Both the position numbers and the translations under genes were made by a program. A stretch of DNA of 41,063 nucleotides from NCBI GenBank assembly GCA_963934385.1, contig CAWVYO010000002.1:1-41063 (forward strand). The letters are read 5' to 3'. The notes beneath the pieces are model-generated. The model was given only the letters and a program-made list of their open reading frames with translations, was not told the DNA's origin and ran no database searches. Within the stretch, counting starts at the first letter, position 1. Each line of letters starts with the position of its first letter. The stretch is from an uncultured bacterium (lineage in GTDB: Bacteria > Myxococcota_A > UBA796 > CAJQPC01). This document shows positions 26,213 through 36,485 of the stretch, piece by piece.

Positions 26213-27583
26213 TTATAATTCAACTACTACACCTAAAATCGCGGTGCACATTTCGTCAACCGATTCTTCACCAACAGAGATATCCGCTATAGATTCTCCA
26301 TCGCTATATTCCATAAGTGTAGCGTTGCTATCGCTGTTGTTGTAGGTGCAACTTACAGTGAGTACGTCGCCGTCAAATAGCTCTGGCATCTCATCATAGG
26401 TGCCATCTAACAGATAAGATCTCTGCCACCCAAAGTCCCAAGCGGGGATATGAGAGAGGCAGAGTTCAGTGCCGTCAGCTCGATTAATCGTTACTTTTAT
26501 TTCGGTCCCAGTTAGGTGCATGTGTGGGAAGATACCCCAGAGTCTTACCTTATATTGAATTGGGATATAGAGCGTCTCCTCCCAAGCTTCAGTGTGGTTG
26601 GTGGCCCCTGCTGGTATCATAAAAGGAGTGTCTACCCAGTGATCGCTGTCTACTTGTGATGCATCGACACCACCGTATACAAACATTGCAGCCAGCTTGC
26701 TTGGAGTTACGTCAAGCCATCGTACGGAAATGTCCGTTTGGTCTACCTCTTCTCTGCCGTTGGGGTGGTAGTGGATCTGTACGACAAGCCTACCGCCAGC
26801 CTGGAGGTAGGAACCAGAGTCTTCCATTAATGTTAGCGGCTGGCTACCAGGTGCCCAGGCATATGCTACGGCGCCGGAGCTGACTTTGGAGCCCCCAAAG
26901 CAAGGGTACATACCGTCATCTCCCCCTAGGGCTTCACTCTCCCCCTCAGGATCTACAAAGACAACCACGTGGTGAACCACCTCGGCGTTGCCAGCGTGGA
27001 TCTCTATACCATCAAACCATCCGTCCTCAGAGAGCTCAGGGTCTACAGAGAAACATAGGAACTTGTCGTCGAATTCGCCAGCGGGAATGGTGATGCCGCT
27101 TGTAGAGTAACGGGTGATTCCGTCTCCCTGAAGGGTCAATGGAGATGGGATGTCGTAATCTACAGTGTCGTTAGGATCACCCTCTGGGGTACCAGCATCT
27201 ATCCACTCCCCAAATACGGTAAGTTGCTCTTCAGATAGGCGACTGTCATCTCGCCAGTCCCCCAGCTCCTCACACTCGTCTGACTCCCTGTGTCCAAACG
27301 GTGGCATTAGGTATGGAGGTTCTGTACTGCCCTCCATCTTCTCCAACAGAATAGGCGCTAACCCAGAGACGGATTCGTAGTCGGTTAGGGCAAATGTAAA
27401 GTTATCCGTGTCTGAGTGGCACCCCTGACAGTGGGCACCAATTATTGGTTGGATGTCCCCATACCAGGTCGGATCGGCGACCGTTGCTGTATCAACCGTT
27501 GCTGTTTCTTTATTAGTTTCGCTACAGCCAACTGCAGTTAAAGATCCTGCAAAAATAATAGCCGTCAAAAAATGCCTCATCAT
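26213..27583 (-). CDS. lipoprotein: heme c domain fused to a copper type II (PHM/DBH-like) monooxygenase domain
   Basis: AVG-C signal. PTWYGDIQPII..HCQGCH (CxxCH 27416..27430). CuH-like VHH and HYH; CuM-like PHMH and DEMC; AWAPG and WDFGWQ. Confidence 0.8.
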   Translation of the reverse strand: MMRHFLTAIIFAGSLTAVGCSETNKETATVDTATVADPTWYGDIQPIIGAHCQGCHSDTDNFTFALTDYESVSGLAPILLEKMEGSTEPPYLMPPFGHRESDECEELGDWRDDSRLSEEQLTVFGEWIDAGTPEGDPNDTVDYDIPSPLTLQGDGITRYSTSGITIPAGEFDDKFLCFSVDPELSEDGWFDGIEIHAGNAEVVHHVVVFVDPEGESEALGGDDGMYPCFGGSKVSSGAVAYAWAPGSQPLTLMEDSGSYLQAGGRLVVQIHYHPNGREEVDQTDISVRWLDVTPSKLAAMFVYGGVDASQVDSDHWVDTPFMIPAGATNHTEAWEETLYIPIQYKVRLWGIFPHMHLTGTEIKVTINRADGTELCLSHIPAWDFGWQRSYLLDGTYDEMPELFDGDVLTVSCTYNNSDSNATLMEYSDGESIADISVGEESVDEMCTAILGVVVEL

Positions 27584-27607
27584 ATTCTCCTGTTGAGTAG
27601 CGGTACC

Positions 27608-29053
27608 TTACCCTCTAAGAGCGGCGACCACACCCTGAATAGTCTCTCGTGCATCACCAAACAGCATTTCAGTGTTGTCGTTGTAGAATAGCGGGTTCCC
27701 AACACCTGCATAGCCTGCTCCCAAGCTTCGCTTCAGAACTACTACAGTTCCTGCTTTCCAGGCTTGTATTACGGGCATTCCGTAGATCGGGCTTGACTCA
27801 TCGGTCTCAGCCCCTGGATTTACAATGTCATTGGCTCCTATTACAATCACAAGATCTGTGTTGGGGCAGTCGTCGTTGACTTCGTCCATCTCAAAGACAG
27901 TGTCGTACGGGACACCAGCCTCTGCGAGGAGTACGTTCATGTGACCTGGGAGGCGACCAGCTACTGGGTGGATGACGTAAGACACGTTTGCTCCGCCCTT
28001 TCGTAGCATGGTGGTCATCTCGTGGACAAGGTGCTGGGCTCTCGCGACAGCCATTCCATATCCAGGAATGATGAATATCGATCTGGCTGAACTGGCGAGT
28101 TCTGCGAGACCTGCGATATCTGTCTCTGTAACTGTGCCTGTAGGCTCACTTCCGTCAGAGGCTGGTTTCTTGCCAGCGTTAGCCCCAAAGCCACCAAAGA
28201 TCACGTTCCATATTGAGCGGTTCATCGCTTTACACATAATGAATGAGAGTATCGCTCCTGAGCTACCGACCAGTGCACCGATGATGATGAGTAGGTCGTT
28301 CTCTAGCATGAAGCCTGTGGCCGCCGCTGCCCAGCCAGAGTAGCTGTTGAGAAGTGAGACTACAACTGGCATATCTGCGCCACCAATGGACATCACCAAG
28401 TGGATACCGAGTAGACCAGCTAGCACGGACATTCCAATGAGTATGTAGAAGGAACTTGATGAGGTAATGGTCGCCATATCAAGTTCAGCGGCCCCACTAA
28501 TAAATGGAACAGCCAAGAAGATAATGGAGCCAGTTATAATGGCGTTTAGAAGATGGCGTGCTGGGAGGATAAGAGGTCTTCCTGAGATGCTTCCCCGCAA
28601 CTTTCCCCATGCGATAATCGAGCCTGTGAAGGTGATCGCGCCAATAGCGACTCCTAACCAGACCTCAATTTGGTGGACTGTACCAGCATGTGGGTGTGCC
28701 AGCCAAGTAGACATACCAACCAGCACCGCAGCGAGCCCTACAAAGCTGTGGAGCAGGGCGACAAGTTGTGGCATGGCGGTCATTACGACCCTGACAGCCA
28801 AGAATGTTCCGATGGCGAAACCGATTACGACGGCGCCGATCATTACGTTGTAGGCTGCGCCAAAGCCAGCCTCGTCGACTACAGATCTTACGCGTGGATC
28901 AATGGTTGTGGCGAGCATGGCTATGACCATGCCTATAATGCCAAAGAGATTTCCACGGCGGGCGGTCTCTTGGTTTGAGAGTCCCCCTAGGCTTCTTATG
29001 AATAGGATTGCGGCTACAAGATAGGCTGCGTTTGGTAGGTTTTCTATACTCAT
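27608..29053 (-). CDS. pntB: NAD(P) transhydrogenase subunit beta
   Basis: MPQLVALLHSFVGLAAVLV, TFTGS..AWGKL, IGGADMPVVVSLLNSYSGWA, PGYGMAVA, HPVAGRLPGHMNVLLAEA and VIGANDIVNP. Confidence 0.97.
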   Translation of the reverse strand: MSIENLPNAAYLVAAILFIRSLGGLSNQETARRGNLFGIIGMVIAMLATTIDPRVRSVVDEAGFGAAYNVMIGAVVIGFAIGTFLAVRVVMTAMPQLVALLHSFVGLAAVLVGMSTWLAHPHAGTVHQIEVWLGVAIGAITFTGSIIAWGKLRGSISGRPLILPARHLLNAIITGSIIFLAVPFISGAAELDMATITSSSSFYILIGMSVLAGLLGIHLVMSIGGADMPVVVSLLNSYSGWAAAATGFMLENDLLIIIGALVGSSGAILSFIMCKAMNRSIWNVIFGGFGANAGKKPASDGSEPTGTVTETDIAGLAELASSARSIFIIPGYGMAVARAQHLVHEMTTMLRKGGANVSYVIHPVAGRLPGHMNVLLAEAGVPYDTVFEMDEVNDDCPNTDLVIVIGANDIVNPGAETDESSPIYGMPVIQAWKAGTVVVLKRSLGAGYAGVGNPLFYNDNTEMLFGDARETIQGVVAALRG

Positions 29054-29056
29054 GGC

Positions 29057-30625
29057 TTAGTTTGCCTCCTTTCGGAACATCTGAAGCATTCGTTGCGTGA
29101 CCAAAAAGCCACCAGCGATATTGATACTAGCGACAAGGATTGCGAGGGCACCCAGCCAGACTGAGGTTGAGAGCGCGGGCGCTGCTGCCTGTAACATTCC
29201 ACCAACTACGATAATTCCACTAATAGCGTTTGTTACGCTCATTAGCGGTGTGTGTAGTGCTGGAGTAACGTTCCAGACTACTTGCCAGCCCACAAAGCAG
29301 GCCAATATGAACACGGTTAGATGCTGAACAAAGGTTGCCTCTGCGTAGAGTCCTACGGCCACCATTGCTGCAACTGCGATCGTCATCCCAAACGCCGACG
29401 CTAGTTTTGAGTTGCCTTTTGCAGCCTTTTTCGAGGTAGAATTGTCCACCTGAGGAGTTGGGGCTACTGCAGGTTTTTCCACTACAGGGTCTGGCGGAGG
29501 AGGCCAAATCTTGTCGCCGTTATGTAGCACTAAGGACTTGCGAATCACCTCGTCTTCAAGGTTAATCGCGTAACCATCCTCACTAACCATGTCAGATAGT
29601 AGGTTTACTATGTTGGTTCCGAAGAACTGGGAGGCGTGAGTGGGAAGCCTGCTTGTTAGGTCGGTGTATCCAATAATGTTTACCCCGCTCGCAACAATTA
29701 CTTTGTTGGCCTCTGTGTAGCCGCAATTTCCACCCTGAATGGCTGCAAGGTCGACAACTACCGAACCTGGTTTCATGGTGTCGACCATCTCTTTTGTGAT
29801 CAGTACAGGAGCTTTACGACCTGGGATGAGTGCCGTCGTGACGATAATGTTGACCTCTTTTGCTTGAGCTGCAAACAACGCCATCTCAGCGGCTATAAAT
29901 TCTGGAGACATCGTTTTAGCGTAACCACCGGAGGTTTCTCCGTCGTCATCTTCCTCAAAGTCTAGTTCTAAGAATTTTGCGCCCAAGCTCTCTACCTGAT
30001 CTTTTACAGCAGGTCTTACGTCGAAGGCGCGGACTTCAGCTCCCAAGCCTCGAGCAGCTGCTATTGCAGCCAAACCAGCGACCCCAGCTCCGATGACTAG
30101 GACTTGTGCGGGCCGTGTCTTTCCAGCAGCGGTCATCTGTCCAGCAAAGAAACCGCCATAGAGGTTAGAGGCCTCTACTATAGCTCTGTAGCCAGCGATG
30201 TTTGCCATGGAGGAGAGAACGTCCATCTTCTGTGCACGAGATATGCGTGGGATTTGATCTAAAGCGAGGGCTGTGACCCCTCTTTTGCCCAAACGCGCCA
30301 CTAACTCCTCATTTTGTGCGGGAAATAGTAAGCTAATGATGTGACCGTTTTCTCGTATGATGTCGGCCTCGTGAGTACCATCTTGGCGCTCTCCAGGTGC
30401 GTTGACCTTTAGTATTAATTCGGAGTCACTCCAGATTGAGCTTATGTCAGTGGTTACGGTGGCTCCAGACTCGGTGTAATCCGCGTCTAAATATTGCGCC
30501 TGCTCACCAGCACCCGCTTGTATTGAGACTTCAAAACCCATTTTTACGAGCTTTTTAATAGTGTCAGGAGTTGCTGCAACCCTCCGCTCGCCGCTTTGCG
30601 TCTCAGCCGGAATACCTATTTTCAT
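29057..30625 (-). CDS. pntA: NAD(P) transhydrogenase subunit alpha (single-chain)
   Basis: [48 protein letters not shown] and [14 protein letters not shown]. Confidence 0.97.
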   Translation of the reverse strand: MKIGIPAETQSGERRVAATPDTIKKLVKMGFEVSIQAGAGEQAQYLDADYTESGATVTTDISSIWSDSELILKVNAPGERQDGTHEADIIRENGHIISLLFPAQNEELVARLGKRGVTALALDQIPRISRAQKMDVLSSMANIAGYRAIVEASNLYGGFFAGQMTAAGKTRPAQVLVIGAGVAGLAAIAAARGLGAEVRAFDVRPAVKDQVESLGAKFLELDFEEDDDGETSGGYAKTMSPEFIAAEMALFAAQAKEVNIIVTTALIPGRKAPVLITKEMVDTMKPGSVVVDLAAIQGGNCGYTEANKVIVASGVNIIGYTDLTSRLPTHASQFFGTNIVNLLSDMVSEDGYAINLEDEVIRKSLVLHNGDKIWPPPPDPVVEKPAVAPTPQVDNSTSKKAAKGNSKLASAFGMTIAVAAMVAVGLYAEATFVQHLTVFILACFVGWQVVWNVTPALHTPLMSVTNAISGIIVVGGMLQAAAPALSTSVWLGALAILVASINIAGGFLVTQRMLQMFRKEAN

Positions 30626-30774
30626 GGTGGTTACCTCTCATATTTACATCTGTTTGTAGAGCACAATAATTCTGCCATTTGGGATAACCCAAGCGTCGCC
30701 AACTGCCATAGTTTGATTCTCAAACAATATGGGTTTTGATAGACTGTTTTGGTTGGCAAAAAAGGAGGGTCTCT

Positions 30775-31761
30775 TTGTTGCTGTTTTGTCTATTTTTATC
30801 GTGGTTGTCAAACCCGGCATTTGCTGGTGATAATGCGGCAGGTCAGCCCGTTTTGACGCTAACGGTCCCGGCAAATGGAGACACTAATTTTCCACTCAAT
30901 GGTAGTTTCTGGCTCTACGGAAAAAACCTAGACTCATTGCCACAAGAGGTCACTATTCCTACTGGGTATGCAGGCGATGAGATTCCGCCTTGGGAAACAA
31001 ACACCGAGTTGACCGACCTTTGGAGGGAGCCGCGTAGAGCCCAGTGGCGACGCAATAACGGTCAACGCCGCCTTAGAACCTTGACCGACGGTCTAGAGGG
31101 CATTTCGTTGGTACTCGTGAGCAGTGGCTTAGGAGTAGAGATAGAGGTGAGCACGTATGGTGCAGTATACAGACCCTCCCTCAGGTTCACAGCAGATGGC
31201 TTACCAATCGAGCGAGCCTTAGATAATGTTTTCGATCTGTTGGTTGTCACCCCTCTTGAACGGCTTGAGCCCGACACTGAGTACGCCCTGTTGGCCAATG
31301 GCAGCCTTAGTGTCTTTTCGACGGGTCAGTTAGATGACACTACAGCCCCCGACTGGGGTGGTATCGAAGATGTTAAGCATTTGGGCGAAAGAAATACGAT
31401 TTACACCCTCACCTCAGCAGGGGATGATTTCTCGTTTCCAGTTAGGGTTGAACTCTACAGAGGTCAGGCTAGAAGTCCCCGTCTGAGGCAGTTTGCTCTC
31501 GTCGGAAGTCGCCCTGTGACTGGTCGGTTATCGCCCTTGAATCGAGACTGTATTTTCACCAGAGCGGTGGATGTAGCAGGAAACTATACAGATCTGTTCC
31601 CTTGTTACCCTTACCCGGAGCCTCCAGAAGTGGAGCTTGAAGAAGAGACGATGTTTGGGTGTAATGTAGCGGGAGTTTTACCCACTCGGATTAGTGGGTG
31701 GCTTTTGATATTGTTGGGAACCATGTTCTCTAGAAGGATTGTAACTAGAGATATGACTTGA
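30775..31761 (+). CDS. secreted Ig/FN3-like surface protein with MYXO-CTERM-like C-terminal anchor
   Basis: Probable TTG start at 30775, 6 nt after AAGGAGG (ORF track 30736). Signal ending AFA, LEPDTEY and DTTAP. Tail GC...-hydrophobic TM-RR. Confidence 0.6.
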   Translation: MLLFCLFLSWLSNPAFAGDNAAGQPVLTLTVPANGDTNFPLNGSFWLYGKNLDSLPQEVTIPTGYAGDEIPPWETNTELTDLWREPRRAQWRRNNGQRRLRTLTDGLEGISLVLVSSGLGVEIEVSTYGAVYRPSLRFTADGLPIERALDNVFDLLVVTPLERLEPDTEYALLANGSLSVFSTGQLDDTTAPDWGGIEDVKHLGERNTIYTLTSAGDDFSFPVRVELYRGQARSPRLRQFALVGSRPVTGRLSPLNRDCIFTRAVDVAGNYTDLFPCYPYPEPPEVELEEETMFGCNVAGVLPTRISGWLLILLGTMFSRRIVTRDMT

Positions 31762-31841
31762 TGTGACACGCGACCCCTTTCCGCTCATGTTATAGAAGTA
31801 GCCTAAAGATTTCGGACCAATGAGGTCTGTAGGGGCACTCA

Positions 31842-33122
31842 ATGAACTCATCGCGGCTGCTAGCAATGCTATTTTCAACTCTTGTCGTTGGGGTAGGATC
31901 ATCATGTGGGGGAGAATACTCTGCAATCGAAAGGGGTGACGATCGTCCTAGGCAGACCGTTGAGACTCTTAAAACTATTACAGGTAGTGTGAGCGCTTGG
32001 TTGGAGACAACTGGAGTCGTAGAGTCTGAAGCCGAGGCGAATATTATCCCTGAAGCCTCGGGTATAGTCCTTTCTATAGCGGTTGAAGAGGGTGATTCGG
32101 TTCGACGTGGGGAAGTGTTGGCTACGATTGCCAACGCGAACTTGGATGCTGGGCTTTCTAGGGCTGCCAGCGAGGTCGCACGTGCGGAGAGAGAGTTGGC
32201 TAGAGGTGAAGTGTTAGCGGGTCAAGGAGCGCTCTCTGATAGAGAACTTCAGGAATTGCGATACGGCGCCCAGACAGCTGCTACTACACTGGCAGAAGCT
32301 GAGGCCACAGAGGGTCACACTAGACTTCGCAGCCCAATAGCTGGTACGGTTTCCATACGGGACATCCGCGAGGGAGAGCTTGCAGGAGCCGCCCGAGCCT
32401 TTCAGATAGTAGATTTAAGTCGCCTTAGAGTTGTTCTTGAATTGCCCGAACGAGATCTTCATTCTTTGGCTGTTGATCAGACTGTAGAGGTGGTTTCTCT
32501 CTACGATGATGAGTTGATGGTCGTAGGTCGGATCGAGCGAATATCTCCAACCGTAGATCCAATAAAAGGTACGGTTCGTGTGACTGTTGCTTTGCCAGTT
32601 GAACAGGCGACCCTAAAACCAGGTCAGTTTGTGTCAGCTAGGATTGAGGTGGGGCATCATGAGGATGTGGTTATTGTTCCACGGCGAGCCGTTCGTCTAG
32701 ACGAGGGATTGGCGGCGGTCTTTTTGGTTGGCGAAGAGATCGTTCCAGAGCCCGATCCCGAGGAAGAAGACGGTGAAAGTGAAGAGGTTGACGAGGCGAT
32801 ACCCGAGGAAGCTATCGACGGGGACGAAGAGCCGCCTGAGCCATCTATGCAGGCTTTTCGTACACCTATAACCTTAGCAGACCAGTATGTGACATCCTTG
32901 CGCTCGGACTCGGGTCAGGTTTTGGAGTGGATAGAGGTGGTCGAGGGACTAGATGCAGGCACACCAGTAATCTCACGTGGAATGGAGCTAATTCAAGACG
33001 GCGCTCTGGTTATCGTGGCAGACCCCATGGGTTCTACTGTAGCCACCGAGGAAGCCACCGAGGAAGCCACCGAGGAAGCCACCGAGGAAGTCACCGAAGA
33101 GGTTACGACTGATGAGCAATAA
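31842..33122 (+). CDS. RND efflux periplasmic adaptor (membrane fusion protein)
   Basis: PEASG.V..I.VEEGD.V..GEVLA, coiled-coil hairpin, LRSPIAGTV, RISPTVDP..GTVRV and LKPGQFV. Confidence 0.9.
   Translation: MNSSRLLAMLFSTLVVGVGSSCGGEYSAIERGDDRPRQTVETLKTITGSVSAWLETTGVVESEAEANIIPEASGIVLSIAVEEGDSVRRGEVLATIANANLDAGLSRAASEVARAERELARGEVLAGQGALSDRELQELRYGAQTAATTLAEAEATEGHTRLRSPIAGTVSIRDIREGELAGAARAFQIVDLSRLRVVLELPERDLHSLAVDQTVEVVSLYDDELMVVGRIERISPTVDPIKGTVRVTVALPVEQATLKPGQFVSARIEVGHHEDVVIVPRRAVRLDEGLAAVFLVGEEIVPEPDPEEEDGESEEVDEAIPEEAIDGDEEPPEPSMQAFRTPITLADQYVTSLRSDSGQVLEWIEVVEGLDAGTPVISRGMELIQDGALVIVADPMGSTVATEEATEEATEEATEEVTEEVTTDEQ
33042..33101 (+). repeat. 12-bp coding tandem repeat (ATEE x4 plus VTEE)
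   Basis: gccaccgaggaa is perfect four times (33042..33089), followed by gtcaccgaagag. Confidence 0.95.
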
Positions 33123-36100
33123 ATCTGGTTTCTTCGACCTTGTGGTCGATAGGCCAGTCACCGTTCTTATGTTTGCCATCGGCATGGCGGTGTTTGGGCT
33201 AGTTTCCCTGTCTCAATTACCGGTAGATCTCATGCCTGAGATCAGCTATCCGACCTTGACCGTAAGGACAGAATACGACGGCGCTGCTCCCCAAGAGGTG
33301 GAGCATCAAGTCTCTCGTCAGATCGAGAGCGCACTCTCTACGATTGATGGTTTGGTTGAGCTGGAGTCTCGCTCTCGGGCGGGTATATCAGATGTAATTC
33401 TGGAGTTTAATTGGGACACAGATATCCACGTTAGTTCTCAGTCTGTAAGGGAGTCGCTACAGACCCTGAGCATGCCTGATGGAGCGACAAAGCCACTTAT
33501 CTTGCGTTACGACCCCTCGTTAGAACCGATAATGAGGATAGCTCTATCTATGGAGTCGACCTCTATCGCGACGGGTGAGTCAGCCATAGACAACACTGCC
33601 ACGACCCTAGCTCGCCTACGAGAATATGCTGATGAAACACTTCGTCCAATAATCGAGAGCGTCAATGGTGTGGCTGCTGTGCGAGTTGGAGGTGGGTTAG
33701 AGTCCGAAATTCAGGTGGAGGTAGACCATGATCGTCTTATTGCAAGAGGGCTGTCAATAGAGCAGGTCCGCCAGACACTCTCTAGCGAGAACGTAAATAT
33801 GGCGGGCGGCTTGGTTAGAGATGGAAACAAAGACTATCTATTGAGGGTTGTAGGGGAGCTCACGACACTAGAAGAGATCCGCGACATTTCAATTCGAAGG
33901 AGTGACGGTTGGGCTGTCCCGCTTCGAGACGTCGCTGTAGTTTCTCAGAGCTATAAAGAGCGAGAGGTTGTAACGCACTTGCGTGGTCATGAGGCGGTTG
34001 AGTTGGAGGTCTTCCGCGAGGCCGAAGCGAACATGGTTGAGGCATCAAATAGTGTAAAGTTACTCTTGTCAGGTAACGATGATTTCTTACCACCAAATAT
34101 GAACACAACCGTACTTGATGACAGCGCTACATTTATCGAGGCGGCAATGGGCAACCTCAGCAAAACCGCCTGGTTCGGCGGTTTCTTGGCAATAGGTGTG
34201 TTGTTTCTTTTCTTGGGCTCCATGCGAGCCAGCTCTATAATTGCCACAGCAATACCCCTCTCTGTGATCGTCACTTTTGCGCCCTTGTACATACAGGGCG
34301 TCAGCTTGAACATGATGTCCCTTGGAGGTTTGGCGCTAGGAATAGGAATGTTGGTCGATAACGCCGTTGTTGTGTTGGAGGCTATTACTGTTCATGTTGA
34401 GGCTGGCAAAAGCAACCGTGACGCTTCAGTTGCTGGGGTAAGAGAGGTCGCTGCAGCAGTTACGGCCTCGACATTGACCACTGTGGCGGTGTTCCTTCCT
34501 ATAGTGTTTGTTGAGGGGGTTGCCGGACAACTGTTTGGCGACTTAGCCATGACCGTGGTGGTGAGCTTGCTTGCTTCATTAGTGGTGGCTTTGGTCTTTA
34601 TCCCAATGCTGGCGGCTAGAGAGGTGTACATCCCCCGTTCACACGGTCTAAAGGGGATCACGCAGGCCGCTAGGTTTAACTGTTTTAGGGAGTTCAAAGA
34701 AGGGCTCAAATGGATGAGAGAGAAGAAGTGGCGCTACCCTCTTTTCTTCTACTTCTTGTTGCGACTGCTGCTCAATTTGGTTTGGAGTTTGGTTGTTAGC
34801 TTGTGGGTTTACCCCGCGGCATTTACAGCTAGGATTGCTACCGCTGGCTTTAGAAAGGGTGGCGGCCCTTTTAGAAGATTTTTCATCCTTTTCGGAGGTC
34901 TGTTTAACAAGGGCTGGGGGGCTCTTTCGGGTGCTTATCCGCGGTGGTTAAGTAGTGCGTTAAAGCACCCAAAGTCTGTCATAGCAGGTGCCGTTTTGGC
35001 GTTGGGTTTGTCTCTTGTTGGTATAACTCAAATGGGCTCGGAATTACTTCCAAACCTCTCACAGGGGCGCTTCACTATAGAGACCTCTCTACCTGTTGGG
35101 ACACCCCTTACCGAGAATTTGGAGCTAATAGGTCAAGTTGAGGAGATAGCCAATAACCATCCAGATATTGCGACCGCGTGGACTGTTATTGGAGCTGAAA
35201 GGGGTGCTGACACTAGCTCAGATGAAGGACCGCACACGGCTAGAGTTCTGGTAGAGTTAGAGGGGCACGCAGTGGCACAGGAGGATCGAGTAAAGGCGGA
35301 GCTTCGCAGGTCTCTGTCGCAAATAACTGGGCTAAGTCAACAGATTAGGAGCCCAACCCTGTTTTCATTCAGGACTCCTATCGAGGTAATAATTCAAGGT
35401 GACGATCTCTATGCACTTCAAGAGGTTTCAGATTTAGCTGTCGAAGCTTTAGAGAGTGTTGAAGGTCTAGACGATGTTCAGAGCTCTCTCTCTAGAGGGT
35501 TTCCAGAACTTCGGGTTATTTACAGGCGTGAGCTCCTAGAGCGTCACGGACTGTCTGCCGCGGATGTGGCCACCTCTCTGCGCAATCAAGTTCAGGGGGT
35601 CAGGGCTACTAGTATCCGCCGAGGTAACCGCAGTGAGGATCTACTTGTTCGACTGCAAGAGGACGATCGTAGTTCATCTAGAGAGATAGAGAACATAAAC
35701 GTCAACCCGCAGGTCACCCCCCCAATCCCTCTTTCAAGTGTTGCTTATCTAGAGTCAGGAGTCGGCCCTTCTGAGATTAGACGAGTTGATCAAGTTAGGG
35801 TTGTAGTTGTAGAGGCATCGCTAACGGGCTTTGATCTAGGCTCTGGGGGCGAGAGCGCATCTTTAGCCCTCTCACGGGTGCCATGGCCCCCGGGCGTCAC
35901 CTGGCAGCTAGCAGGTCAACAGACAGAGATGGAGCGCTCAACGGCGTCTATGAAGTTTGCGATCGGCATGGCTGTTTTCTTGGTCTACATCATTATGGCG
36001 AGCACTTTTGAGAGTCTAGTGCATCCGTTTGTTATTCTTATGTCCCTGCCTCTAGCGCTCGTGGGGGTTGTTCTAGTGCTGCTACCCCTTGGAGTTCCGC

Positions 36101-36468
36101 TCTCGGTAGTAGTAATGATAGGGCTTATTGTATTGGCGGGGGTCGTTGTTAACAACGCTATTGTTTTGGTTGATACGATCAACAGACTCCGCGAGTCAGG
36201 CTTAGAGACTGTAGAGGCCATTGAAAAGGCTGCAGCATTGCGTCTACGTCCTATTATCATCACTACAGCGACGACGGTCTTAGGGCTTCTCCCGCTAGCC
36301 ATAGGTGGCGGACAGGGTGCAGAGCTTCAGCAGCCTTTAGCGCTGACTCTTATCTCTGGATTGTTGGTCAGTACTCTGCTTACGCTAGTTGTTATCCCCG
36401 TTGTGTATCAGCTGTTTGCTTTAGTCCTCTCTGATGCCCGTGGTGAGGGCTCTGCTAGTGGGGTTTAG
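33112..36468 (+). CDS. RND efflux permease (AcrB/AcrD/AcrF family), subunit 1
   Basis: RPVTV, LPVDLMPEISYPTLTV, GAAPQEVE, GMLVDNAVVV, GVVVNNAIVLVD and RLRPIIITT. Confidence 0.95.
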   Translation: MSNKSGFFDLVVDRPVTVLMFAIGMAVFGLVSLSQLPVDLMPEISYPTLTVRTEYDGAAPQEVEHQVSRQIESALSTIDGLVELESRSRAGISDVILEFNWDTDIHVSSQSVRESLQTLSMPDGATKPLILRYDPSLEPIMRIALSMESTSIATGESAIDNTATTLARLREYADETLRPIIESVNGVAAVRVGGGLESEIQVEVDHDRLIARGLSIEQVRQTLSSENVNMAGGLVRDGNKDYLLRVVGELTTLEEIRDISIRRSDGWAVPLRDVAVVSQSYKEREVVTHLRGHEAVELEVFREAEANMVEASNSVKLLLSGNDDFLPPNMNTTVLDDSATFIEAAMGNLSKTAWFGGFLAIGVLFLFLGSMRASSIIATAIPLSVIVTFAPLYIQGVSLNMMSLGGLALGIGMLVDNAVVVLEAITVHVEAGKSNRDASVAGVREVAAAVTASTLTTVAVFLPIVFVEGVAGQLFGDLAMTVVVSLLASLVVALVFIPMLAAREVYIPRSHGLKGITQAARFNCFREFKEGLKWMREKKWRYPLFFYFLLRLLLNLVWSLVVSLWVYPAAFTARIATAGFRKGGGPFRRFFILFGGLFNKGWGALSGAYPRWLSSALKHPKSVIAGAVLALGLSLVGITQMGSELLPNLSQGRFTIETSLPVGTPLTENLELIGQVEEIANNHPDIATAWTVIGAERGADTSSDEGPHTARVLVELEGHAVAQEDRVKAELRRSLSQITGLSQQIRSPTLFSFRTPIEVIIQGDDLYALQEVSDLAVEALESVEGLDDVQSSLSRGFPELRVIYRRELLERHGLSAADVATSLRNQVQGVRATSIRRGNRSEDLLVRLQEDDRSSSREIENINVNPQVTPPIPLSSVAYLESGVGPSEIRRVDQVRVVVVEASLTGFDLGSGGESASLALSRVPWPPGVTWQLAGQQTEMERSTASMKFAIGMAVFLVYIIMASTFESLVHPFVILMSLPLALVGVVLVLLPLGVPLSVVVMIGLIVLAGVVVNNAIVLVDTINRLRESGLETVEAIEKAAALRLRPIIITTATTVLGLLPLAIGGGQGAELQQPLALTLISGLLVSTLLTLVVIPVVYQLFALVLSDARGEGSASGV

Positions 36469-36485
36469 ACCATGAGCTATATATT

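Noticed and set aside
30679-30724. Rex operator upstream of pntAB
   Set aside because: The palindromes do not match the Rex consensus TTGTGAA-N4-TTCACAA.
33042-33101. Direct repeats as a possible CRISPR array
   Set aside because: The 12-bp units are head-to-tail with no spacers, in frame inside a CDS, and there are no cas genes.
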